Positions 27,716-46,490 of a stretch of DNA of 64,000 nucleotides are shown here, in pieces. Made by a program: the position numbers and the translations under genes. Origin of the DNA: the human T2T-CHM13v2.0 reference genome, Homo sapiens; assembly GCF_009914755.1 (NCBI RefSeq), contig NC_060948.1. The stretch is one strand, 5' to 3'. The stretch's first letter is position 1, and every line of letters starts with the position of its first letter. The notes beneath the pieces were generated by a model. That model was not told the DNA's origin. It did no database searches and was given only the letters and a program-made list of their open reading frames with translations.

Positions 27716-29267
27716 TACATTATGTATATAATAATATACAGTATCATATATATAATATATATAACCTATGTATAATATTGTTTTACATCCTGCATCTTAT
27801 GTTATATATATTGTATAAAATATAATAATTGATAATATATAAGTTTTATATCTATACAATATGACATATAGTATATATTATAATTTATGACATATATAAT
27901 ATATGTTATATATCATATATAGAATATATTATACGGTTAATATACGTATTAAATATAAATTATACATTATATATATTATATATAATATATCTGTTATATA
28001 TAATACCCATTATGCATAATATATATATTATGTCTATGTTATATATAGTATAAAACAACATATAATAATATATAATTGTATATATAAAATGCGACATAAT
28101 ATATATATTATATTTTATAACATATGTAATATATATTATATATTATATATAATACGTTGTATGTATAATACCTATATTAAATATATATTATATGACTATG
28201 TTATTAATTACATGTCACATGTGTTATATATTATATATTTTACATAGAATATACCGGTTACATACAATATATACTATGTTACCTATTATGTATAATTTAT
28301 TACATGTAAAATAAAGAATGCAATATATTATGTATAATTTATAATATACAATATGTGGAATGAGATATATATAACATATAATATATGATATATGATATAC
28401 AGTATATGATATTTAACATACAATATATGATTCCTAATATATATGGTATACAATATATATTTTATGATATGTATTCTATATGTTTTATATTCTGTTATAT
28501 ATAACTATTTGAAATTATATATAACTGTATAATATTTTATGTAAATATGTAATATAATATATATAACTATATAATATATTATATATAACTATATATTATG
28601 TTATATACACTTTTATAACATAATTTACATAAAATATCATAATATAATATATATTATATTATTTCATATTACATAATATATATTACATATCACCCAATAT
28701 AACTAACATACATAATATTATAATATAGATTATATTATGTTATATGAAATATCATATATATCATGTATCATATATTCTATAATATATATTACACATTATA
28801 AAATATGTATGTTGTCTATTATGTGATATATATAACTCTATATATAATTATATTATTATACATATAACTAGATAAACATGTAAGTCTACATATTTTCATT
28901 TATAATATGTAGAATTATATAATCATATATAATTATTTATATTCTATAAAAAATTTTATCATTATATAAATTATAATATATAAAAATTATAATATGTACT
29001 ACAAATATATATATTATATATCATATATGATATAGTACCTTTGTTATATATCATAATACATATAAATGTGTATTATGTTATCTATAATTATATAATTTCA
29101 TATATAAGATGTATAATATGTATCATATATTATATATGTTATGTAATATACATAGTATATATAAGATGACACAGGATAAATATTATATACTATGACATAT
29201 AAAATATATCCGGTTATATGTTACATATAAGGCATAGCACATAACATGTAATATATATCATATATAA
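27716..29267. repeat. AT-rich low-complexity segment of the DYZ2 unit (representative, ~1.55 kb)
   Basis: Degenerate (TA)n/TATAA/TATGA sequence that is conserved base by base between units. Confidence 0.9.
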
Positions 29268-29559
<292 letters not shown>

Positions 29560-31665
29560 AGATCCATATTTTTTAAATGAAAAAAAATTTCAAAGGTACT
29601 CTGCTTGGTACAATAATCAAATGTATAAACTGAGGAATAAAACATAACCATGAAACCTACTTATAACTGCATATGGAAAATACAGAGGATAATTTTTTAA
29701 ATAACATATTTTGAAAGCCTTAACTAGTAATTTGAAGAGCTGGCATTTGAAAGGCCAGTATGAATATACCTTCAAAGCAGCAACACAGGTTTCCCCAAGA
29801 GAAAAAGCAAACACAGGGAAAATAAAAACACAAAGGTTCAATCTCTTCTGACCTTTGAAAGACACAGCACAGACAGTGGTCCTTAGGACGAAGAGCAGGA
29901 GACCCCTAATTCCGTCACCATGGCGATAGGGCATAAACATTGCTGGGTGAGGGCACAATCCACATTGTGAGGTCCAACTGCTGCCAGGAAGACAGGAGTG
30001 CTTTTACATAGACCGAAAGGTCATTGAAGGCTCAGAATTTTGTTTCAAGAACTGAATCCCAAGCCCACACGTTATTAGGCTGCGCTTCTTAAAACAAGTT
30101 ATGAGATGGGAAAAAGGGCACCCACAAACATACGTATACATTATGTATATAATAATATACAGTATCATATATATAATATATATAACCTATGTATAATATT
30201 GTTTTACATCCTGCATCTTATGTTATATATATTGTATAAAATATAATAATTGATAATATATAAGTTTTATATTTATACAATATGACATATAGTATATATT
30301 ATAATTTATGACATATATAATATATGTTATATATCATATATAGAATATATTATACGGTTAATATACGTATTAAATATAAATTATACATTATATATATTAT
30401 ATATAATATATCTGTTATATATAATACCCATTATGCATAATATATATATTATGTCTATGTTATATATAGTATAAAACAACATATAATAATATATAATTGT
30501 ATATATAAAATGCGACATATAATATATATTATATTATATAACATATGTAATATATATTATATATTATATATAATACGTTGTATGTATAATACCTATATTA
30601 AATATATATTATATGACTATGTTATTAATTACATGTCACATGTGTTATATATTATTTATTTTACACAGAATATACCGGTTATATACAATATATACTATGT
30701 TACCTACAATGTATAATTTATTACATGTAAAATAAAGAATGCAATATATTATGTATAATTTATAAAATACAATATGTGGAATGTGATATATATAACATAT
30801 AATATATGATATAGGATATACAGTATATGATATATAACTTACAATATATGATACCTAATATATATGGTATACAATATATATTTTATGACATGTATTCTCT
30901 ATGTTTTATATTCTGTTATATATAACTATTTGAAATTATGTATAACTGTATAATATTTTATGTAAATATGTAATATAATATATATAAAAATATAATATAT
31001 TATATATAACTATATATTATGTTATATATAATTTTATAACATAATTTACATAAAATATCATAATATAATATATATTATATTATTTCATACTACATAATAT
31101 ATATTACATATCTCCCAATATAAGTAACATATATAATATTATAATATAGATTATATTATGTTATATTAAATATCATATATATCATGTATCATATATTCTA
31201 TAATATATATTATACATTATATAATATGTGTGTTGTCTATTATGTGATATATATAACTATATATATAATTATATTATTATACATATAACTAGATAAACAT
31301 GTAATTCTACATATTTTCATTTATAATATATAGAATTATATAATCATATATAATTATTTATATTCTATAAAAAATTATATCATTATATAAATTATAATAT
31401 ATAAAAATTATAATATGTACTACAAATATATATATTATATATCATATATGATATAGTACCTTTGTTATATATCATAATACATATAAATGTGTATTATGTT
31501 ATCTATAATTATATAATTTCATATATAAGATGTATAATATGTATTATATATTATATATGTTATGTAATATATATAGTATATATAAGATGACACAGGATAA
31601 ATATTATATACTATGACATATAAAATATATGAGGTTATATGTTACATATAAGGCATAGCACATAA

Positions 31666-31980
<315 letters not shown>

Positions 31981-34083
31981 AGATCCATATTTTTTAAATG
32001 AAAAAAAATTTCAAAGGTACTCTGCTTGGTACAATAATGAAATGTATAAACTGAGGAATAAAACATAACCATGAAACCTACTTATAAATGCATATGGAAA
32101 ATACAGAGGATAATTTTTTAAATAACATATTTTGAAAGCCTTAACTAGTAATTTGAAGAGTTGGCATTTGAAAGGCCAGTATGAATATACCTTCAAAGCA
32201 GCAACACAGGTTCCCCATGAGAAAAAGCAAACTCAGGGAAAATAAAACCACAAAGGTTCAATCTCTTCTGACCTTTGAAAGACACAGCACAGACAGTGGT
32301 CCTTAGGACGAAGAGCAGGAGACCCCTAATTCCGTCACCATGGCGATAGGGCATAAACATTGCTGGGTGAGGGCACAATCCACATTGTGAGGTCCAACTG
32401 CTGCCAGGAAGAAAGGAGTGCTTTTACATAGACCGAAAGGTCATTGAAGGCTCAGAGTTTTGTTTCAAGAACTGAATCCCAAGCCCACACGTTATTAGGC
32501 TGCGCTTCTTAAAACAAGTTATGAGATGGGAAAAAGGGCACCCACAAACATAGGTATACATTATGTATATAATAATATACAGTATCATATATATAATATA
32601 TATAACGTATGTATAATATTGTTTTACATCCTGCATCTTATGTTATATATATTGTATAAAATATAATAATTGATAATATATAAGTTTTATATTTATACAA
32701 TATGACATATAGTATATATTATAATTTATGACATATATAATATATGTTATATATCATATATAGAATATATTATACGGTTAATATACGTATTAAATATAAA
32801 TTATACATTATATATATTATATATATTATATCTGTTATATATAATACCCATTATGCATAATATATATATTATGTCTATGATATATATAGTACAAAACAAC
32901 ATATAATAATATATAATTGTATATATAAAATGCGACATATAATATATATTATATTTTATGACATATGTAATATATATTATATATTATATATAATGCGTTG
33001 TATGTATAATACCTATATTAAATATACATTACATGACTATGTTATTAATTACATGTCACATGTGTTATATATTATTTATTTTACATAGAATATACCGGTT
33101 ACATACAATATATAGTATGTTACCTATAATGTATAATTTATTACATGTAAAATAAAGAATGCAATATATTATGTATAATTTATAATATACAATATGTGGA
33201 ATGTGATATATATAACATATAATATATGATATATGATATAGAGTATATGATATATAACATACAATATATGATACCTAATATATATGATATACAATATATA
33301 TTTTATGATATGTATTCTATATGTTATATATTCTGTTATATATAACTGTTTGAAATTATATATAACTGTATAATATTTTAGGTAAATATGTAATATAATA
33401 TATATAACTTTATAATATATTATATATAACTATATATTATGTTATATATACTTTTATAACATAATTTACATAAAATATCATAATATAATATATATTATAT
33501 TATTTCATATTACATAATATATATTACATATCACCCAATATAAGTAACATACATAATATTATAATATAGATTATATTATCTTATATTAAATATCATATAT
33601 ATCATGTATCATATATTCTATAATATATATTATACATTATATAATATGTATGTTGTCTATTATGTGATATATATAACTATATATAATTATATTATTATAC
33701 ATATAACTAGATAAACATGTAATTCTACATATTTTCATTTATAATATATAGAATTATATAATCATATATAATTATTTATATTCTATAAAAAATTATATCA
33801 TTATATAAATTAGAATATATAAAAATTATAATATGTACTACAAACATATATATTATATATCATATATGATATAGTACCTTTGTTATATATCATAATACAT
33901 ATAAATGTGTATTATGTTATCTATAATTATATAATTTCATATATAAGATGTATAATATGTATTATTTATTATATACGTTATGTAATATATATAGTATATA
34001 TAAGCTGACACAGGATAAATATTATATACTATGACATATAAAATATATGAGGTTATATGTTACATATAAGGCATAGCATATAA

Positions 34084-34398
<315 letters not shown>

Positions 34399-36500
34399 AG
34401 ATCCATATTTTTTAAATGAAAAAAAATTTCAAAGGTACTCTGCTTGGTACAATAATGAAATGTATAAACTGAGGAATAAAACATAACCATGAAACCTACT
34501 TATAAATGCATATGGAAAATACAGAGGATAATTTTTTAAATAACATATTTTGAAAGCCTTAACTAGTAATTTGAAGAGTTGGCATTTGAAAGGCCAGTAT
34601 GAATATACCTTCAAAGCAGCAACACAGGTTCCCCATGAGGAAAAGCAAACTCAGGGAAAATAAAACCACAAAGGTTCAATCTCTTCTGACCTTTGAAAGA
34701 CACAGCACAGACAGTGGTCCTTAGGACGAAGAGCAGGAGACCCCTAATTCCGTCACCATGGCGATAGGGCATAAACATTGCTGGGTGAGGGCACAATCCA
34801 CATTGTGAGGTCCAACTGCTGCCAGGAAGACAGGAGTGCTTTTACATAGACCGAAAGGTCATTGAAGGCTCAGAGTTTTGTTTCAAGAACTGAATCCCAA
34901 GCCCACACGTTATTAGGCTGCGCTTCTTAAAACAAGTTATGAGATGGGAAAAAGGGCACCCACAAACATACGTATACATTATGTATATAATAATATACAG
35001 TATCATATATATAATATATATAACCTATGTATAATATTGTTTTACATCCTGCATCTTATGTTATATATATTGTATAAAATATAATAATTGATAATATATA
35101 AGTTTTATATTTATACAATATGACATATAGTATATATTATAATTTATGACATATATAATATATGTTATATATCATATATATAATATATTATACGGTTAAT
35201 ATACGTATTAAATATAAATTATACATTATATATATTATATATAATATATCTGTTATATATAATACCCATTATGCATAATATATATATTATGTCTATGATA
35301 TATATAGTATAAAACAACATATAATAATATATAATTGTATATATAAAATGCGACATATAATATATATTATATTTTATGACATATGTAATATATATTATAT
35401 ATTATATATAATGCGTTGTATGTATAATACCTATATTAAATATACATTACATGACTATGTTATTAATTACATGTCACATGTGTTATATATTATTTATTTT
35501 ACATAGAATATACCGGTTACATACAATATATAGTATGTTACCTATAATGTATAATTTATTACATGTAAAATAAAGAATGCAATATATTATGTATAATTTA
35601 TAATATACAATATGTGGAATGTGATATATATAACATATAATATATGATATATGATATAGAGTATATGATATATAACATACAATATATGATACCTAATATA
35701 TATGATATACAATATATATTTTATGATATGTATTCTATATGTTATATATTCTGTTATATATAACTGTTTGAAATTATATATAACTGTATAATATTTTAGG
35801 TAAATATGTAATATAATATATATAACTTTATAATATATTATATATAACTATATATTATGTTATATATACTTTTATAACATAATTTACATAAAATATCATA
35901 ATATAATATATATTATATTATTTCATATTACATAATATATATTACATATCACCCAATATAAGTAACATACATATTATAATATAGATTATATTATCTTATA
36001 TTAAATATCATATATATCATGTATCATATATTCTATAATATATATTATACATTATATAATATGTATGTTGTCTATTATGTGATATATATAACTATATATA
36101 TAATTATATTATTATACATATAACTAGATAAACATGTAATTCTACATATTTTCATTTATAATATATAGAATTATATAATCATATATAATTATTTATATTC
36201 TATAAAAAATTATATCATTATATAAATTATAATATATAAAAATTATAATATGTACTACAAACATATATATTATATATCATATATGATATAGTAACTTTGT
36301 TATATATCATAATACATATAAATGTGTATTATGTTATCTATAATTATATAATTTCATATATAAGATGTATATTATGTATTATTTATTATATACGTTATGT
36401 AATATATATAGTATATATAAGCTGACAAAGGATAAATATTATATACTATGACATATAAAATATATGAGGTTATATGTTACATATAAGGCATAGCACATAA

Positions 36501-36815
<315 letters not shown>

Positions 36816-38943
36816 AGATCCATATTTTTTAAATGAAAAAAAATTTCAAAGGTACTCTGCTTGGTACAATAATCAAATGTATAAACTGAGGAATAAAACA
36901 TAACCATGAAACCTACTTATAAATGCATATGGAAAATACAGAGGATAATTTTTTAAATAACATATTTTGAAAGCCTTAACTAGTAATTTGAAGAGTTGGC
37001 ATTTGAAAGGCCAGTATGAATATACCTTCAAAGCAGCAACACAGGTTCCCCATGAGAAAAAGCAAACTCAGGGAAAATAAAACCACAAAGGTTCAATCTC
37101 TTCTGACCTTTGAAAGACACAGCACAGACAGTGGTCCTTAGGACGAAGAGCAGGAGACCCCTAATTACGTCACCATGGCGATAGGGCATAAACATTGCTG
37201 GGTGAGGGCACAATCCACATTGTGAGGTCCAAGTGCTGCCAGGAAGACAGGAGTGCTTTTACGTAGACCGAAAGGTCATTGAAGGCTCAGAGTTTTGTTT
37301 CAAGAACTGAATCCCAAGCCCACACGTTATTAGGCTGCGCTTCTTAAAACAAGTTATGAGATGGGAAAAAGGGCACCCACAAACATACGTATACATTATG
37401 TATATAATAATATACAGTATCATATATATAATATATATAACCTATGTATAATATTGTTTTACATCCTGCATCTTATGTTATATATATTGTATAAAATATA
37501 ATAATTGATAATATATAAGTTTTATATTTATACAATATGACATATAGTATATATTATAATTTATGACATATATAATATATGTTATATATCATATATAGAA
37601 TATATTATACGGTTAATATACGTATTAAATATAAATTATACATTATATATATTATATATAATATATCTGTTATATATAATACCCATTATGCATAATATAT
37701 ATATTATGTCTATGTTATATATAGTATAAAACAACATATAATAATATATAATTGTATATATAAAATGCGACATATAATATATATTATATTTTATGACATA
37801 TGTAATATATATTATATATTATATATAATGCGTTGTATGTATAATACCTATATTAAATATATATTACATGACTATGTTATTAATTACATGTCACATGTGT
37901 TATATATTATATATTTTACATAGAATATACCGGTTACAAACAATATATACTATGTTACCTATAATGTATAATTTATTACATGTAAAATAAAGAAAGCAAT
38001 ATATTATGTATAATTTATAATATACAATATGTGGAATGTGATATATATAACATATAATATATGATATATGATATACAGTATATGATATATAACATACAAT
38101 ATATGATACCTAATATATATGGTATACAATATATATTTTATGATATGTATTCTCTATGTTTTATATTCTGTTATATATAACTATTTGAAATTATATATAA
38201 CTGTATAATATTTTATGTAAATATGTAATATAATATATATAACTATATAATATATTATATATAACTATATATTATGTTATATATACTTTTATAACATAAT
38301 TTACATAAAATATCATAATATAATATATATTATATTATTTCATATTACTTAATATATATTACATATCACCCAATATAAGTAACATACATAATATTATAAT
38401 ATAGATTATATTATGTTATATTAAATATCATATATATCATGTATCATACATTCTATAATATATATTACACATTATATAATATGTATGTTGTCTATTATGT
38501 GATATATATAACTATATATATAATTATATTATTAAACATATAACTAGATAAACATGTAATTCTACATATTTTCATTTATAATATATAGAATTATATAATC
38601 ATATATAATTATTTATATTCTATAAAAAATTATATCATTATATAAAATATAATATATAAAAATTATAATATGTACTACAAATATATATATTATATATCAT
38701 ATATGATATAGTACCTTTGTTATATATCATAATACATATAAATGTGTATTATGTTATCTATAATTATATAATTTCATATATAAGATGTATAATATGTATC
38801 ATATATTATATATGTTATGTAATATATATAGTATATATAAGATGACACAGGATAAATATTATATACTATGACATATAAAATATATGAGGTTATATGTTAC
38901 GTATAAGGCATAGCACATAACATGTAATATATATCATATATAA

Positions 38944-39235
38944 TTTTTTTTTAGACAGAATCTTGTCCTGTTGCACAGGGTGGGGTACAATGGCGCCATC
39001 TTTGCTCACTTCAACATCTGCCTCACGGGCCCAATCGATTGTCCTCCCTCAGCCTCCCAGGTAGCTGGGACTACACCACACTGGGACTACAGCAGCTGCC
39101 ACCATGCCTAGCTAATTTTTTGGATTTTTAGTAGTGACAGCGTTTCACTGTATTGGCCAGGATGGTCTTGATCTCTTCACCTTGTGATCCCCTTGCCTTG
39201 GCCTCCAAATTTGCTGGGATTACAGGCCTGAGCCA
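38944..39235 (-). mobile_element. Diverged Alu, DYZ2 copy 6
   Basis: Same Alu motifs as copy 1. Confidence 0.93.
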
Positions 39236-41340
39236 AGATCCATATTTTTTAAATGCAAAAAAATTTCAAAGGTACTCTGCTTGGTACATTAATCAAATGT
39301 ATAAACTGAGGAATAAAACATAACCATGAAACCTACTTATAACTGCATATGGAAAATACAGAGGATAATTTTTTAAATAACATATTTTGAAAGGCTTAAC
39401 TAGTAATTTGAAGAGTTGGCATTTGAAAGTCCAGTATGAATATACCTTCAAAGCAGCAACACAGGTTCCCCATGAGAAAAAGCAAACTCAGGGAAAATAA
39501 AAACATAAAGGTTCAATCTCTTCTGACCTTTGAAAGACACAGCACAGACAGTGGTCCTTAGGACGAAGAGCAGGAGACCCCTAATTCCGTCACCATGGCG
39601 ATAGGGCATAAACACTGCTGGGTGAGGGCACAATCCACATTGTGAGGTCCAACTGCTGCCAGGAAGACAGGAGTGCTTTTACATAGACCGAAAGGTCATT
39701 GAAGGCTCAGAGTTTTGTTTCAAGAACTGAATCCCAAGCCCACACGTTATTAGGCTGCGCTTCTTAAAACAAGTTATGAGATGGGAAAAAGGGCACCCAC
39801 AAACATACGTATACATTATGTATATAATAATATACAGTATCATATATATAATATATATAACCTATGTATAATATTGTTTTACATCCTGCATCTTATAATA
39901 TATATATTGTATAAAATATAATAATTGATAATATATATGTTTTATATTTATACAATATGACATATAGTATATATTATAATTTATGACATATATAATATAT
40001 GTTATATATCATATATAGAATATATTATACGGTTAATATACGTATTAAATATAAATTATACATTATATATATTATATATAATATATCTGTTATATATAAT
40101 ACCCATTATGCATAATATATATATTATGTCTATGTTATATATAGTATAAAACAACATATAATAATATATAATTGTATATATAAAATGCGACATATAATAT
40201 ATATTATATTTTATGACATATGTAATATATATTATATATTATATATAATACGTTGTATGTATAATACCTATATTAAATATATAATATATGACTATGTTAT
40301 TAATTACATGTCACATATGTTATATATTATATATTTTACATAGAATATACCGGTTACATACAATATATACTATGTTACCTATAATGTATAATTGATTACA
40401 TGTAAAATAAAGAATGCAATATATTATGTATAATTTATAATATACAATATGTGGAATGTGATATATATAAGATATAATATATGATATATGATATACAGTA
40501 TATGATATATAACATACAATATATGATACCTAATATATATGGTATACAATATATATTTTATGTTATGTATTCTATATGTTTTATATTCTGTTATATATAA
40601 CTATTTGAAATTATATATAACTGTATAATATTTTATGTAAATATGTAATATAATATATATAACTATAAAATATATTATATATAACTATATATTATGTTAT
40701 ATATACTTTTATAACATAATTTACATAAAATATCATAATATAATATATATTATATTATTTCACATTACATAATATATATTACATATCACCCAATATAAGT
40801 AACATACATAATATTATAATATAGATTATATTATGTTATATTAAATATCATATATATCATGTATCATATATTCTATAATATATATTATACATTATATAAT
40901 ATGTATGTTGTCCATTATGTGATATATATAACTATATATATAATTATATTATTATACATATAACTAGATAAACATGTAATTCTACATATTTTCATTTATA
41001 ATATATAGAATTATATAATCATATATAATTATTTATATTCTATAAAAAATTATATCATTATATAAATTATAATATATAAAAATTATAAGATGTACTACAA
41101 ATATATATATTATATATCATATATGATATAGTACCTTTGTTATATATCATAATACATATAAATGTGTATTATGTTATCTATAATTTTATAATTTCATATA
41201 TAAGATGTATAATATGTATTATATATTGTATATGTTATGTAATATATATAGTATATATAAGCTGACACAGGATAAATATTATATACTATGACATATAAAA
41301 TATATGAGGTTATATGTTACATATAAGGCATAGCACATAA

Positions 41341-41655
<315 letters not shown>

Positions 41656-43783
41656 AGATCCATATTTTTTAAATGAAAAAAAATTTCAAAGGTACTCTGC
41701 TTAGTACAATAATCAAATATATAAACTGAGGAACAAAACATAACCATGATACCTACTTATAACTGCATATGGAAAATACAGAGGATAACTTTTTAAATAA
41801 CATATTTTGAAAGGCTTAACTAGTAATTTGAAGAGTTGGCATTTGAAAGGCCAGTATGAATATACCTTCAAAGCAGCAACACAGGTTCCCCATGAGAAAA
41901 AGCAAACTCAGGGAAAATAAAACCACAAAGGTTCAATCTCTTCTGACCTTTGAAAGACACAGCACAGACAGTGGTCCTTAGGACGAAGAGCAGGAGACCC
42001 CTAATTCCGTCACCATGGCGATAGGGCATAAACATTGCTGGGTGAGGGCACAATCCACATTGTGAGGTCCAACTGCTGCCAGGAAGACAGGAGTGCTTTT
42101 ACATAGACCGAAAGGTCATTGAAGGCTCAGAGTTTTGTTTCAAGAACTGAATCCCAAACCCACACGTTATTAGGCTGCGCTTCTTAAAACAAGTTATGAG
42201 ATGGGAAAAAGGGCACCCACAAACATACGTATACATTATGTATATAATAATATACAGTATCATATATATAATATATATAACCTATGTATAATATTGTTTT
42301 ACATCCTGCATCTTATATTATATATATTGTATAAAATATAATAATTGATAATATATAAGTTTTATATTTATACAATAAGACATATAGTATATATTATAAT
42401 TTATGACATATATAATATATGTTATATATCATATATAGAATATATTATACGGTTAATATACGTATTAAATATAAATTATACATTATATATATTATATATA
42501 ATATATCTGTTATATATAATACCCATTATGCATAATATATATATTATGTCTATGTTATATATAGTATAAAACAACATATAATAATATATAATTGTATATA
42601 GAAAACGCGACATATAATATATATTATATTTTATGACATATGTAATATATATTATATATTATATAAAATACGTTGTATGTATAATACCTATATTAAATAT
42701 ATATTATATGACTATGTTATTAATTACATGTCACATATGTTATATATTATATATTTTACATAGAATATACCGGTTACATACAATATATACTATGTTACCT
42801 ATAATGTATAATTGATTAAATGTAAAATAAAGAATGCAATATATTATGTATAATTTATAATATACAATATGTGGAATGTGATATATATAACATATAATAT
42901 ATGATATATGATATACAGTATATGATAATTAACATACAATATATGATACCTAATATATATGGTATACAATATATATTTTATGATATGTATTCTCTATGTT
43001 TTATATTCTGTTATATATAACTATTTGAAATTATATATAACTGTATAATATTTTATGTAAATATGTAATATAATATATATAACTATATAATATATTATAT
43101 ATAAGTATATATTATGTTATATATACTTTTATAACATAATTTGCATAAAATATCATAATATAATATATATTATATTATTTCACATTACATAATATATATT
43201 ACATATCACACAATATAAGTAACATACATAATATTATAATATAGATTATATTATGTTATATTAAATATCATATATATCATGTATCATATATCCTATAATA
43301 TATATTACACATTATATAATATGTATGTTGTCTATTATGTGATATATATAACTATATATATAATTATATTATTATACATATAACTAGATAAACATGTAAT
43401 TCTACATAATTTCATTTATAATATATAGAATTATATAATCATATATAATTATTTATATTCTATAAAAAATTATATCATTATATAAATTATAATATAAAAA
43501 AATTATAATATGTACTACAAATATATATATTATATATCATATATGATATAGTACCTTAGTTATATATCATAATACATATAAATGTGTATTATGTTATCTA
43601 TAATTATATAATTTCATATATAAGTTGTATAATATGTATTATATATTGTCTATGTTATGTAATATATATAGTATATATAAGCTGACACAGGATAAATATT
43701 ATATACTATGACATATAAAATATATGAGGTTATATGTTACATATAAGGCATAGCACATAACATGTAATATATATCATATATAA

Positions 43784-44075
43784 TTTTTTTTTAGACAGAG
43801 TCTTGTCCTGTTGCACAGGGTGGAGTACAATGCCGCCAACTTTGCTCACTGAAACATCTGCCTCACGGGTCCAAGCGATTGTCCTCCCTCAGCCTCCCAG
43901 GTAGCTGGGACTACACCACACTGGGACTACAGCAGCTGCCACCATGCCTAGCTAATTTTTTGGATTTTTAGTAGTGACAGCGTTTCACTGTATTGGCCAG
44001 GATGGTCTTGATCTCTTCACCTTGTGATCCCCTTGCCTTGGCCTCCAAATTTGCTGGGATTACAGGCCTGAGCCA
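43784..44075 (-). mobile_element. Diverged Alu, DYZ2 copy 8
   Basis: Same Alu motifs as copy 1. Confidence 0.93.
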
Positions 44076-46174
44076 AGATCCATATTTTTTAAATGAAAAA
44101 AAATTTCAAAGGTACTCTGCTTGGTACAATAATCAAATGTATAAACTGAGGAATAAAACATAACCATGAAACCTACTTATAACTGCATACGGAAAATACA
44201 GAGGATAATTTTTTAAATAACATATTTTGAAAGCCTTAACTAGTAATTTGAAGAGTTGGCATTTGAAAGGCCAGTATGAATATACCTTCAAAGCAGCAAC
44301 ACAGGTTCCCCATGAGAAAAAGCAAACTCAGGGAAAATAAAACCACAAAGGTTCAATCTCTTCTGACCTTTGAAAGACACAGCACAGACAGTGGTCCTTA
44401 GGACGAAGAGCAGGAGAACCCTAATTCCGTCACCATGGCGATAGGGCATAAGCATTGCTGGGTGAGGGCACAATCCACATTGTGAGGTCCAACTGCTGCC
44501 AGGAAGACAGGAGTGCTATTACATACACCGAAAGGTCATTGAAGGCTCAGAGTTTTGTTTCAAGAACTGAATCCCAAGCCCACACGTTATTAGGCTGCGC
44601 TTCTTAAAACAAGTTATGAGATGGGAAAAAGGGCACCCACAAACATATGTATACATTATGTATATAATAATATACAGTATCATATATATAATATATATAA
44701 CCTATGTATAATATTGTTTTACATCCTGCATCTTATATTATATATATTGTATAAAATATAATAATTGATAATATATGTTTCATATTTATACAATATGACA
44801 TATAGATATATTATAATTTATGACATATATAATATATGTTATATATCATATATAGAATATATTATACGGTTAATATACGTATTAAATATAAATTATATAT
44901 TATATATATTATATATAATATATCTGTTATATATAATACCCATTATGCATAATATATATATTATGTCTATGTTATATATAGTATAAAACAACATATAATA
45001 TATAATTGTATATATAAAATGCGACATATAATATATATTATATTTTATGACATATGTAATATATATTATATATTATATATAATACGTTGTAGGTATAATA
45101 CCTATATTAAATATATATTATATGACTATGTTATTAATTACATGTCACATATGTTATATAGTATATATTTTGCATAGAATATACCGGTTACATACAATAT
45201 ACACTATGTTACCTATAATGAATAATTTATTACATGTAAAATAAAGAATGCAATATATGATGTATAATTTATAATATACAATATGTGGAATGTGATATAT
45301 ATAACATATAATATATGATATATGATATACAGTATATGATATATAACATACAATATATGATTCCTAATATATATGGTATACAATATATATTTTATGATAT
45401 GTATTCTCTATGTTTTATATTCTGTTATATATAACTATTTGAAATTATATATAACTGTATAATATTTTATGTAAATATGTAATATAATATATATAACTAT
45501 ATAATATATTATATATAACTATATATTATGTTATATATACTTTTATAAAATAAATTACATAAAATATCATAATATAATATATAATATATTATTTCATATT
45601 ACATAATATATATTACATATCACCCAATATAAGAAACATACATAATATTATAATATAGATTATATTATGTTATATTAAATATCATATATATCATGTGTCA
45701 TATATTCCATAATATATTTTATACATTACATAATATGTATGTTGTCTATTATGTGATATATATAACTATATATATAATTATATTATTATACATATAACTA
45801 GATAAACATGTAATTCTACATATTTTCATTTTTAATATATAGAATTATATAATCATATATAATTATTTATATTCTATAAAAAATTATATCATTATATAAA
45901 TTATAATATATAAAAATTATAATATATACTACAAAAATATATATTATATATCATATATGATATATTACCTTTGTTATATATCATAATACATATAAATGTG
46001 TATTATGTCATCTATAATTATATAATTTCATATATAAGATGTATAATATGTATTATATATTATATATGATATGTAATATATATAGTATATATAAGATGAC
46101 ACAGGATAAATATTATATACTATGACATATAAAATATATGAGGTTATATGTTACATATAAGGCATAGCACATAA

Positions 46175-46490
<316 letters not shown>

